Shown here in pieces: positions 38,294 through 51,257 of a DNA stretch of 64,000 nt. How positions within the stretch are numbered: position 1 is the first letter of the stretch; each line of letters starts with the position of its first letter. Origin of the DNA: Zootoca vivipara. Taxonomy: Eukaryota. The stretch spans positions 83,328,001 to 83,392,000 of the forward strand of contig NC_083283.1 of NCBI RefSeq assembly GCF_963506605.1, read 5' to 3'. The translations under genes were made by a program, and so were the position numbers. Below the pieces are notes generated by a model that was not told the DNA's origin, did not search any database, and was given only the letters and a program-made list of their open reading frames with translations.

Positions 38294-40124
38294 GCAACAG
38301 CAAACTAAACATTTATTTTCCAATCAAGTCTCTCCTTCTCCAAACATCTCCTGAAAAAGGTTTGCCTTAACTAGCTACCTAAAATTATATAGATATGGGA
38401 CTAGATGCACCTTAGAAGGGAGGGAGTTTCATGTGAGGAGCCACCACTGACGATGCCCTCCCCTGGGCCTTGCACCATCCTGTTTAGAGACCACCAACAG
38501 GGCCTCATGTGCTAAAGCATGGGCAGATTGGTATGGAAGAAAGTGGTTTTGCAGATATTGGGCACCTCTGTAGAGTACCATGTACCCTGATGGTGTATCA
38601 ACAACAATTCTATGCAGATCACATGCTTCGTCAAAGCACTCTCATCTATGCATTGGTCTCAAGGTGGCATCACATGATAAAGGAAGCAGCAAGAGAGGAA
38701 CTGCGATTTATTTCATCCTTCATTTGTCCTTTCTAATCTAATGCACCAAGGGAGTGACTTATGAATGTCTTCTGAATGCATGAGCTCTAAAGGCATCTAA
38801 TTCTGAAACACATCCAACTAACCATGAAATTTAAGAATGTTTGCAAATTGTTTGCAAATAGTATGACACAAGACATCAGTTTTGCCAATGAGTGCCGGAG
38901 GATATCTGCAAAAAGTCTTTAAGCATAAAAATATAGATAAGCAAAAGGTTTACAACCTATGGGAGTTTCGAGCATGCATCTGAGAATGCACGCATTGTAG
39001 CTTTCTTTGACTAGAAGGGAATATTAACATGTTGAATTGTATTGCAACCTGGACCGTTCCATTTTAACACCTATAGTCAGAACATTCATTCAAATGCCAT
39101 TTCATGTGTCCTTTTGGTAGTTTTAACATTATTAACAACATGATCCAAATGAATGTTTACCTGGAGCTTACCCCGGGGACTTACTCCTTGGAGAGTATGT
39201 ACAGAATTGGAGCCTTGGGGTGCTTTCAGATGGAGGTTTAATATTACAAATGGGTCACCGATAACATTTTTTTAAAAAAATCATTGGATTGTCCGTGGCA
39301 ACAGTTAACTGTGGCCTGGTGCTGGGAGTGTTGGCTATACCCTCACCACTGTATAGCCAGCAAGGTTACCAACAGCCTTATTATTGGGATTCTCAGCAGC
39401 CTGCTGAAAAAAGCAGTTGGAAACCTTTACCATAGCAAGGAAGGAACACAAAACAGCAAGCAGACACAGCAAAGAGAAAGATAAATAATACTGGTATGTT
39501 ATCTAAATAGGTGTGAGTGACATAACTTCTCAGTTCTGGAAAGCAGGGAGGATGGAGAGAGAGAAAGTAGAGGAGGCTTAATATATAAAAAGGCTGGAAA
39601 GGGGAAACAGATCACTATTTAAGCTTGAAAGTTTTAGAAAGGAGAAGAGTCATGGACTTTCTACAGAAAGTAATAAAGAACTCTAAATCAGAGACTCAAA
39701 TATGGAGTTCCGAAGAAACTTGAAAATCACCCATCACCACTTTAAGGGGGGAAATGCAATACATGAGTCTTTCTCATATTAAAAAGAACTTGCCAAACTA
39801 CAGAATTTCATAACTACTTCAGACACATTACACTTTACTAACAAAAAAAGGTAAAGGCTAGTGAAAAGTTGAAAGCCACAAAGTAAGTGGTAAGTTATCA
39901 TAACATAAAATAGTCAGCATGACATAACACAATGTTAGGTGTGCCGATTTTTCTGAAAAGTATTCACAATTGCTGACAGGTGAGACTTGAGTCACAGATA
40001 TGTCAGACTGAAATTTCAGTATTTGGATGCAAGAAGGCTCACTTACCCCAGAGGGGCCCATATATGCATAAATATGCACAATACAGTAAAAAAGTTTGAG
40101 TTGTGCAATGAAAATAATTTTTAC

Positions 40125-42545
40125 CTTGTCAACATTCTCCATCTCAGGATGTAAATTGTTTCCTTCATTGCCTGTAAAAGGCACAGCAGGTTTCTCACTG
40201 CCAATAATATGGTCTACCATCTGAACATTGGGTGTCAGGAAGGCAAACTCATTCTTCCTGGTCTCAGAAGACAGACACAGCTGGTAGGAATAGGGCAAAG
40301 TCCCATCTTCAAAGTTGGGTGGGAAGATGGCCCCATTCTTGGAATGGGGAACAGGACCAAAGCACTGTAGGAACCTGGGATGCCCTGATTGATGGAGCTT
40401 CATGGTAACGGCCAGAATGACAGTCAAGAGGAACAAGAAGGAGATCACAGCTAAGGCCAGCACCAAGTAGAACTGCAGGTCAGACTGATACTCCGAGCTG
40501 CTGGGCTGGCTCTTCATTTCCGGAAGGGCCTCCTGAAAGTTCTCAGCAAACACCAGGTTCAGAGTAATGGTGGCCGAGAGAGATGGCTGCCCGTTATCCT
40601 TCACCATGATGACCAGTCTCTGTTTCACAGCGTCTCTCTCCACAAAGGCCCTGGCGGTCCTGATCTCTCCAGTATGAGACCCAACCGTGAAGAGTGCTGG
40701 CTCAGTAGCCTGAGTCAGGTGGTAGGAGAGCCAGGCGTTGTGTCCAGAATCTGCATCCACAGCCACCACCTTGGTGACCAGATAATCTGCCTCGGCCGAA
40801 CGAGGCACCATCTCAAACAAGGCTGAGCCCTTGGCTTCTTGGGAGGGGGACAGGATACGAGGGCTGTTATCATTCCGATCAAGAACAAACACCCTGACGG
40901 TCACATTGCTGCTGAGAGGGGGAGAACCCCCATCTTGGGCCTTCACTTGCAGCTGGAACTCTCTGAATTGTTCATAGTCAAAGGATCTCTGGGCATAGAT
41001 TGTGCCAGTCTCTGAATTAATGGAGATATAGGAGGAGATGGGAAGCTCCTCAATGTTGCTGTTGAGGATGGAGTATGTGATCCGTGAGTTCTGATCCATA
41101 TCAGGATCAGAGGCTTTGATGGTGAAAATGGAGGCACCTGAAAGATTGTTTTCTGGCACGTAGATGCTGTAGGATGGTTTCTGAAAAGTAGGGGCATTAT
41201 CATTGATATCCGAAATCTGTAGTGAGATTGTTTTGTGTGTGGAAAGAGGCGGAGTTCCTCTATCAGTGGCTGTGATTGTAATATTATATGCTTGAGCTAT
41301 TTCTCTGTCCAGGAGACTGTCTGTCTGGAGCTTGAAGTAATTGTTAGATGAGGGAACAATCTTGAAGGGCTGATCGTTTTTCAAATAACAACTAAGCTTT
41401 CCATTCTCACCAGTGTCTTTGTCTTTGACATTGATCAGAGCAATTAAGGTTCCAGACACAGAATCTTCTGGGACTGGACTAAACAAGGAAACCAGAGTTA
41501 CCTCTGGGAAATTGTCATTCTCATCAATAACCTGTATTTCTACTTTACAGTGTGTTACTAATCCACCTCCATCTTTTGCCGCAACTGTCATAGTATATTC
41601 TCTGGTTTCCTCATAGTCTAGTGGGCTCATAAGAGTGATTGTTCCATTACCATAATCCAGGTTGAATTTCTGTTGAGCACTTTTTTGAATGTTGCTGAAA
41701 TGGTAACTGATTTTGGCATTTGTACCTTCATCTTTATCAGAGGCTAAAATCTGGAGCACAAGGGAGCCAACAGGAACATTTTCCTTCAGACTGACCTTGT
41801 AAACCTCTTGGGTGAAGATAGGTGGGTTGTCATTGGCATCTGTGACATTAATCCATATTTGGGCAGTTCCAGTCTTCCTAGGTTCACCCCCATCCAAGGC
41901 TGTGAGGATCAAGTGAATAGTCTGTTCACTTTCCCGATCTAGTGGTTTCTGAAGCACTAAGTCTGCAAATTTATTTCCATCCTGACTCTCTTTAACATCC
42001 AAGCTGAAATATGGATTGGGGCTGAGTTGGTAATTCTGAAGAGAATTTGTCCCAATGTCAGGATCTCCAGCTTCTCCAATGAGAAATCGTGTTCCTGGCA
42101 CAGTGAATTCACTTGTCTCCAAGTTGATTTTTCCATTGAAAAACTGTGGTGCATTATCATTAATGTCCTGGATTGCTATAGTTATGTGGAAAATACTCAA
42201 GGGGCTTTCAATCACCACCTCAAAATTAATAAAGCAAAGCGGATTTTTGCCACATATTCCCTCACGGTCTATCCTGTCATTTACATAGAGGTTTCCATTC
42301 TCTGCATTCATAGTGAAATGTTTCATTTCATCCACAGAGACAGCATGCATGTTGCGTTTCCCTAGTTCTTTGGCATTTAGTCCCAAATCCTTGGCAATAT
42401 TCCCCACAACTGAACCCTTAGCCATTTCCTCAGGAATTGAATAATGAATCTGCTCTGAAGCAGCCCAGCAGGAGGGCAAGAATATTAAGAGAAGCTGTAC
42501 TTGCCTTGTGAGTGCCCTGCCATTCTTCTTGTGTCCTCTCTCCAT
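40125..42545 (-). CDS. PCDHGB: V8: protocadherin gamma-B-type variable exon, subtype X (807 codons)
   Basis: ORF 39858..42545. Donor AAG|GTAAAA at 40125/40124, at the position equivalent to paralog donors. Confidence 0.92.
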
Positions 42546-42790
42546 TTGGCTCTGTGAAAAATCAGCTGTTTCCTTTTTTTTAAGAACCAGGTCAAAATTT
42601 CACCAGTATGCACTAAGTCCCCATAAAAAAGAATAAACTGTGTTTCTCTTTAATTTGTAAAAATCATTTTTGTATTTTCTTTATGTCAGCAGCAATGCCT
42701 TCTCTCTGTTCCCTGATCTGCACAGCACTAAAGAAGTAAGCTCACTGTAGAGAAGATCAGTGGATTTCCATCACTGTATGGCTACTAGAT

Positions 42791-42831
42791 TGGCCAACAG
42801 CGGCACTGTGAGGTTCAGCAAGAGAACTGCA
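42791..42831 (-). promoter_or_regulatory. CSE / CTCF-site promoter element of V8 (canonical CGCT)
   Basis: Minus strand TGCAGTTCTCTTGCTGAACCTCACAGTGCCGCTGTTGGCCA. Confidence 0.9.
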
Positions 42832-43449
42832 GGGGATATTTTCAACCTTTCAATTTAAGAGAAAATGCAACGTGGATGTATTTATAGTTTTATGCAATAG
42901 GAATAACATGCAACTTGAAGCTTACACAGGAGCTATTTCTATTGAATTTGGACTTGAGCTGAATATTTGGGAATCTTTGTTTTGGTTTTGGAATCAGTAA
43001 CACTTCAAACCTTTCCATTTGCCTGGGTAAATGGCTTGCAATGTAACAAAGGATTCTTTTCTTGGAATCTTGGAAATAATATTACCAAAGTTACAATCCT
43101 GAGTGTCAGAATCTCAACAGTCTCAACATTGTCATCTCAGGTTATATATATATTTAATCTCCTGTTTCCACAATGAAAAATATTGGGGAGTTTACTATAT
43201 TTCCATGATAATGTCAAAACATAAAAACAAATCCCCCCCCAACCACAGATCTCTTGCAGAACTTCCCCACTCCTTCCTTAGGAGAAAGGTTTGACGAGCG
43301 AGGGAGAAGAATTCTCCAAATGGACTCCAAAGATGTCCCATCCCAGCCAATGAAGGGAATCCCTGTGTAGCTGGCAGCACTTGTGCTCTCCCACTCTTTC
43401 TGAAGATATTACAGGCATGGTTGGTCCCTGTTGGGGCTATGTAGGAGCA

Positions 43450-43450
43450 A

Positions 43451-43503
<53 letters not shown>
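43450..43503. repeat. (TTA)n microsatellite
   Basis: Direct reading. Confidence 0.95.
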
Positions 43504-43507
<4 letters not shown>

Positions 43508-45403
43508 ATTTTTTTTATCTACTGCCAAGTTGGGAGTGGCAAGTTAACAATCTGGCCTTGTCAAGGTACTTAGGTCCTAACTAGGTGGTAGAACAGGCAG
43601 GTTCAGGGCAGAGTGCAGAGAGTAAGCTGGTGAACACACTGAGAAATCAAGGTAGTGAAAAGACGTTTCCCCAAACCATTCATTGACGGGTCACTGATTA
43701 AAGGAGATCTGGGACTGAGAGTATCTTGAGGCCTGGTTGCATGTGCTAGCCTGCTGGCTGGCCTGGAGGTGGGTGACACTAGCAACAAAATATTAATATA
43801 TAAGGGCAATAAAAAGCCAAGAACACATATTATACTCTTGCTCTTCATGCCAAAGGGAGGCAGCAGGAGATGGTTTCTTAAAGTCTCATCTAAGTGGAAG
43901 AGAACTCCTCACTGGAGGTGCAGAAGGTAAGACAACTAGGTAGGGACGGAAGACACACATCAGTCACTAACAATGTTGTGGCTTTAGTTTATCCCAAATA
44001 TGTGTCTTGCACCTTTATTCTGGGATCCACAGTTCCAAGAGAGGAGCCACGGCAAAAAGTATAAGACTCAAACTAATTTCAGGAAGAAATGAAGCCATTG
44101 CTTAGAAAAGAGAATAATTATACTGTTTTACCGCATTGAAGGTTTTTGGTTTCTTTCAGTTTCTGTAATCTATACTCAATATTTTATATGACAAACTTCC
44201 ATGTATTCATCTATTTTGTTCACTTTCACTTTCATTTTGTTGTAATGTGTGGATACTCCATATAGGATGTGGACGTTATTGTCTGATGTCAGGAGCTATT
44301 AAGAACATTATGGACAGGTGAAACAGCAGTGGCTCTGCTTTTGCTATACTGTACTTCGCTATTTACCATAAGTACTATCATCATCATCATCATCATCAAC
44401 AACAACAACATCAGTATTATTGTTATCTTAATGAACTGAGGGCTCTTTTTTGCATTTTTAGACTTTTACATTGTAAGCTGCTTTGAGGGCATAACCATAA
44501 ATCATAAATAAAATAACCAGGCAGAGGCTTTTCAAAACAGCAAATAGTTTTGCACTATTGTGTTCTCTCTGGACATGGGATGTATATACCTTTGTGTTGG
44601 CAGCCCTACTTTACTTTTACATTGTTCTTAATTTAAATTATTCTTTCCTGTCCTTTCTAAATTGGTTTTGTCAATGGCTATCCAAATTAAGATACACTAG
44701 AATTCATATAGGGGCTGAAGTGTGAGCTGTGAGATTCCTAGTTCTTCAGTTACAAATTTACTAGGCAGCTTTAGAACTCTGACTTGCAGCCTCTGACAAA
44801 ACTTGGGACCACACTTGACAGGCTTGCTCTTGCAGTTGAAAGGCAGATAAAAATGTTTAAATACATTTCAGACTACAGACTAAGATCATGTATGTGAACA
44901 TGTTCATGTATGTGAACGTGTACACTCTGGAAATTACTGATACTATGGGAGAAATATATCAGATGTTTCCTCTTTGGCAACATCCAATTAACGATTTCAT
45001 TCTAAGGCCCCGACATGTTCATAATTAAAGATTACCAAAGCCCCTTTCATTTTATTTCCCCCCAAAGAACCACAGGAAAGCACCTTGGTCTGATTTCCCC
45101 TGAAAAATGTCTCTTCCACAACACATTTTCGTAAACACACCAACACAGAAAACACAGATATTTTCCAGTAAAATGAAAAAAAACTATTAATATATAATCA
45201 TTAAAAGAACCAATACCAACAGTTGATGAACCATTATTCAATCAGGTTGAACCAATAAGTTGGTTAAAGGCAGGTTGAAAAACAATAAATTAAAATATAT
45301 TAGTTGTATAAAAAAAGACTATGGAATCAGCGATAAAGATTCTTAAAATTTTCTCAAAGCAGTAAGAATGTATAAAGTAGGTACTGCTCAAATTAAAACT
45401 CAC

Positions 45404-47824
45404 CATATCAGCTCTATCCATCTCAGAAATTAGGATATTGCCTCCATTAGCAGTCAAAGGTGCATCAGACTTAGTGTTGCATGAAATATTCTCTGCGGTT
45501 TGAAGATTGGGTGTTGGAAAGGTGAACTCCTGTACCCTGGACTCAGAAGATAAACATAGCTGATAGGAATAAGGCAATGTTCCTTCTTCATAGTTTGGTG
45601 GGAAAATGACCGTGTTGTTTGAATGGGGAACAGCAGCAAAACACTGCAGGAATTTGGGATTTCCTGATCGCCGAATCTTCATGAGAATGGCCAGAATCAC
45701 TGTCAGGAGGAATAAGAATGAGATCAAAGCTAAGGCCAGCACCAAGAAGAACTGTAGATCCGATTGATACTCAGAGTCATTGGGCTGGTGGCTGATTTCT
45801 GGAAGTGCCTCTTGGAAGTTCTCCGCAAACACCAGGTTGAGACTCACAGTAGCAGATAGTGGTGGCTGCCCATTATCTTTGACCAAGATGATGAGCTTCT
45901 GCTTCACAGCATCTCTTTCCAGAAAAGCCCGTGAGGTCCTGATCTCCCCAGTATGGGAACCAATTGAGAACAGCCCAGGTTCTGTTGCCTGGAGCAGATA
46001 GTAGGAGAGCCAAGCGTTGTGTCCAGAGTCAGCATCCACAGCCACCACCTTTGTCACCAGATAACCCTCCTCTGCTGAGCGAGGCACCATCTCAAACAAG
46101 GAGGAGCCCTCTACTCCTTGAGAAGGGTAAAGAATCTGAGGGCTTTGGTCATTCTGGTCCAGAATACACACTCTCACGGTGGCATTGCTGCTGAGGCGAG
46201 GGGAGCCTCTATCTTCGGCCCTCACCTCCACTTGAAACTCCCTGACTTGCTCATAGTCAAAGGAGAGCTGAGCATAGATAGTGCCAGTTTCAGAATTAAT
46301 GGAGAGGTAGGATGAGAGAGGAAGCCCCTCAGTGATGCTGTTGCGAATGGAGTAGGTGATTTGAGCATTCTGGTCCACATCTGGGTCGGAAGCTTTGATC
46401 CTGAAAATGGAGGAGCCTGAAGGGTTGTTCTCGGGGACATAGACAGTATAATAGGGTTTCTCAAAGGCAGGACAGTTGTCATTGATGTCTGAGATCTGCA
46501 GTGTGATGGTTTTGTATGTGGAAAGAGGGGGGTTGCCTTTGTCTGTGGCTGTGACTGTGATGTTGTACTCTGGAGTTCTTTCTCTGTCCAAGGGGGCATC
46601 TGTGAGAAGCTTATAATAATTATTGGAGGCTGATATGATTTTGAATGGCAAAGTGTGTTGTATGTCACAAGCAATCTTCCCATTGTCTCCAGAGTCTCTA
46701 TCATTTACATTGATAAGGGCTACCAGGGTTCCTACTTCAGAGTCTTCAGGGACTGGGCTGGATAAAGAGGCAAGAATCACTTCTGGCGCATTGTCATTCT
46801 CATCTAGGAGTGTTATTTCAACTTTACAGTGAGCCACTAATCCACCTCCATCTCTTGCTTCCACTGCCATCACATATCCTTCTGTTTCCTCAAAGTCCAG
46901 AACCTCCTTAACTATAATTGTTCCATCTTGTGGATCCAAGTAGAATTTTTGACGAGCACTTTCAGGGATGTTACTAAAACTATAGTTGATCTGAGCATAA
47001 GAACCGTCATCTCTATCTGTGGCTTTCACCTGGACCACTGATGACCCTTTGGGAGCATTTTCTTTCAGCTTGACTGTGTATACTTTTTGAGTGAAGACTG
47101 GTGGGTTGTCATTTGCATCAATGACGGTGATCCATATTTTGGCTGTTCCAGTTTTGGCAGGCTTCCCTCCATCCAGCGCCGTAAGGATTAATTGGAAACT
47201 GCTTTCACTTTCCCGATCCAACTGTTTATTCAATACTAATTCTGCATATTTCTTTCCACCTTCTATTTCTCTCACATCCAGAATAAAGTATGGATTTGTG
47301 CTAAGGTTGTAATCCTGGAGAGAATTCACCCCAAGATCAGGATCTTCAGCTTGTCCAAGGAGAAATGTGGTGCCTTGTAAAGAGGATTCACTTATCTCCA
47401 GCTTGATATCCCCATTTACAAAATGTGGTGCATTATCATTAATGTCTTGGATCTCTACAGTTACATGAAAAATATTCATAGGGCTGCCAACCACCACTTC
47501 AAAATTGATGGAGCAGAATGCAGTTTGACCACATAATTCCTCTCTATCAATCCTCTCTCTTACATACAGATTTCCATTTTCTGCACTGAGAGTGAAGTAT
47601 TGCTTTTTACCTAGGGAAAGGATACGCAGATTGTCATTTCCTATTTCTCCATTATTCAGCCTCAGGTCTTTGGCCAGGTTTCCTACAATGGATCCCTTTT
47701 CCATTTCCTCAGGGATGGAATAATGAATCTGCTCTGAGGCAATCTGACCACACAGGGAGAATAATAAGAGGAGAGGTACTTGCCTTCTTAGGGATCTGCT
47801 GCTATCTTTCTGTCTGCCGGCCAT
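45404..47824 (-). CDS. PCDHGB: V9: protocadherin gamma-B-type variable exon, subtype Z (807 codons)
   Basis: ORF 45290..47824. Donor ATG|GTGAG at 45404/45403. Confidence 0.93.
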
Positions 47825-48077
47825 CCCTCTTGCAGAGAAATGTGCTTTATCCTTTCTTTCTGTTATTAGTTAAATTGAGGTGTATTAAATCCCATTCACT
47901 CTGCAGAAGTGTTCAATAAAGAATCATGAACGAAGTCAGTAGCTGCTGCTGGATTGATATACTTTGCAGTGGTTTCGTTCCTGTGCTCTGCTGTTTCCCA
48001 GCTCTGTTGTTCGTTTCTGATATCTCATTGCAAAAGCATCTCTTAGTGGACTCTCCACTCTTCCATGAGAACTATAT

Positions 48078-48118
48078 TGGCCAACAGTGACACTCTGAGT
48101 TTTAGATGGGGAACTGCA
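48078..48118 (-). promoter_or_regulatory. CSE / CTCF-site promoter element of V9 (core CACT)
   Basis: Minus strand TGCAGTTCCCCATCTAAAACTCAGAGTGTCACTGTTGGCCA. Confidence 0.85.
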
Positions 48119-50114
48119 AGATGTGTCTTCTCTTTTAAGTAAATAACATACAAGGGATTTCTTGCCATTTTTAATCCTATGTACAACCATTCCCAGATAA
48201 ATATTCTTTTGTGGTATGGTTAAAAAAATAGAATTTGTTCTCTGTGTTTTGACATTAGGATAAGCAACAACTCAACTTAATTTGACAAAACTGACCTACA
48301 GAAAACAAGCAAATTATGTATTTTAAAAATGATCCCTTTCCCAAGTAATTTATGTCATTTTTCTTTCCTTATTCCCCCTGAGTGCTGAGCTTCAAAATAC
48401 CAGAGAAAATTGATTATTTTGTAATAAACATACAAGGGTCCTAGAAATTATTCCAGTCACTTAATTTGCCCCTATCGTGCTTTCACACTTTCGTAGCAGC
48501 ACATTTGGCATTTCTCACGGGGGTGCAATTCAGAGAAACTGAATTGACTGATTAGTGTCCTTGTCTGATAGCACAGCTGTGCAATCATATTTTTGTGATA
48601 GTTGGAAATTGTTCATCCATATAGGTACGTGACAACATATTTCATCACAGGAAGTGGTTCTCAGACCTAATGAATTCTGAGTTTTAAAGTTATTTTCCCA
48701 AAATGTGCAACATGGCCTTTGGAATCTCTGTGTCACACAAAATTTTCCCTCTAAGGTACCACAGTTCTATTTTCTATTCCACCAGCTGTCTTGCTGGCAA
48801 TCGTCTCCTCACCTACTTGCCAGTTGATGCACTTATTCAGTTATGTACGTAGTTGTGTTAGTTGACAGTGATGTGACTGATTCGGAATACCTGGAGAAAT
48901 TCCTAATGTTTGGCAAGTTCTTTTTCTTCTTTTAAGGCATTACTTGACTTACGCAACTCACTCATATAATAAGAACAGCACTAAAAGTGCAATGCTTACT
49001 CAAGATCATGCTACTGTTTTACTTGGGAACTTAAGGCCTCTCTCCCCACCCCTCAGGCTTTCCGTAGGCTTCCCTCCCTTCCCAGACCACACCTCTCAAT
49101 CCCTCACTGGCCTTCTTCCATTCCCTCCTCAAGAGTTTTTGCTGGCTGCAATGTGTCCTTGAACTAGGATATTGCTGCTTGCCTGGCTGGAGGAGTCACA
49201 GATCTATAGAAGTGGAGATATTGAAACCTCTGACTTTTGCATGGTTGAAATGTGGTCTATTGTACAAAGGTAATAGTCACATCAATAAAATATCACGGTT
49301 AGAATGCTAAACAGTGGAATGCTAGATTACGTTGTGGAATACTAAAGCAGCACTTGACTAGGCATCGTCTAGCACTGCTATGGCTACCTACATGTCCCGT
49401 AAAATCACTTACTATACTCTTCCCATGATGTAGAGAGAAGGAGAATGTAGCCTTGAAGACTTGTCTCTGACGTGAACACATTATTATGAGTAGGAGAGTA
49501 AAGCATCCAATATATGTTTTAATCCCTCGCATTGTGAATTGGTACAGTCAGAGGACTAGAAGATCCACGTTTATTTTCTGAACTTCCAGATCAGATATTG
49601 TATTCTTTTGATGAAATTCTGAACAATATGGTGACATAGTTCAAGTGTGTGTGTCTTCCTCAGAAGTAGAGCCTTTACAGTGCATGCGTATATTGCTTGG
49701 TTCAATGAATGGGACCTTCATTTAAAAGCTTTCTCAGGATAGAGAGCTGAGCAATATAATGCAGCTCCTTCTACACTCGAAAGAAAGATTAAACACAAAA
49801 GTAAGTATTTTGGAGCAGCTCTTAGTCTTCACCAAAATCACAGGTGTTTGGGACAAATATGTGTATGATTGTGTGTGCGGGTGCACATACAAGTCCAATC
49901 CTCAACATTTCTGTGTGTGCTCATTCATTTCAGACCTCCTACATTTGGCACACCTCCTTGGCTGAATTCAGCCCCAAACTCTTAGCCTCAGTAACTTGAC
50001 ATCTACACAAAAGACAGCTATGACATAAAATACAGACAAGTCCACAGTCTCTTCACTTGCTAACAGAACTTCTGTAGATAGAATAAATTAGAAGCACATA
50101 ATTAATATAAAAAT

Positions 50115-51200
50115 ATAAGAAGAGCATGTTGGATCAGGCAAGTGTCCGATTTAGTTCAGAATATTATTTTTCTTGCAGCCAACTGGTTGCCTACAGGAAG
50201 CCCCAAAGTGGGACCTGAGTGCAAAAGCACTCTCCTCACTTTTGATTCCCCACAACTGGTATTCAGAGACATACTATCTTTAACTATGGAGACAGAACCT
50301 AGATACCATTGCTAGTAGGTAATGAAATAATGTTGTCCGTGAATGTGTCCATTTCTCTTTTAAAACCACCCAGGTTAGTGGGCATCACTACTTTTCATGG
50401 GAACAAACTCCACAGTTTAACTCAGTGCTGTGTGAAGAAGTATTTTCTGCTGTCTGTCCTGAATCTTCCAGCATTCAGCTTCATTGGATGTGTCTTAGTT
50501 TTAGTGTTATGTTGGGGAGGGGGCACTTATCCATTCACTATTTCCATACAAGGCATAATTATATACACCTATACCATGTCTTCACTTAATTGCGTTTTCT
50601 CTAAAGTAAACTAAAAGGGTGAACAGCTCCATCCCCAGCTCTAAGGTGCTACGGGAAGGATTTTTTAAATTTTGTTTTGACTACCGGTACGCAAGACCAA
50701 CACGGCTACCTACCTGTAACTATAACTATACACAGTATTCCAAAATTTATTTTCTTTTTTTTCACAGCTGCCTAACACTATGTCAACATCTTCATCAAAC
50801 TGTTCGCTATGACTACAAGGTCTCATTCCTGTTTAGTCCCCATGAGCATATATGTGACGCAAGAGTTCTTTTGGCCCACTTTACACTTGTTCACATTAAA
50901 TTGCATTTGCCATTTTACTGCCCATTCACTCGGTGTGGTTTGGAGAGATCCTTTTCAAACTTTTTGCAAGCCCATCTTGTTTTAACCACTCCGAACTATT
51001 TGACATTAGCAAACTTGGCTACATCATGGCTAACTCCTAATTTTAGATCATTTATGAACAAGTTTAAAAGCTCAATACTGACTCTTGGAGGATTATACTT
51101 TCTACAACTCTCCATAGGGAGAATCATCACTTTATTCCTACTCTTCATTTACCAATCTCCTCTTATTCCATATCTGCTAAAATCAAAAATCTTTTCTGCA
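50115..51200 (-). mobile_element. Degraded CR1 LINE 3' fragment
   Basis: CR1 tail ATAAGAAGAGCATGTTGGATCAGGC. ORF2 C-terminal-type segment TGTGTGAAGAAGTATTTTCTGCTGTCTGTCCTGAATCTTCCAGCATTCAGCTTCATTGGATG. Further RT-like remnants to ~51150. Confidence 0.7.
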
Positions 51201-51257
51201 GAAATGTGGGAAAGGGTATCAAAGGCATTACAAATAATTCCTAATCATAATGCTTAC

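Noticed and set aside
43381-43584. Poly-Leu, membrane-like ORF
   Set aside because: It is the translation of the (TTA)n microsatellite.
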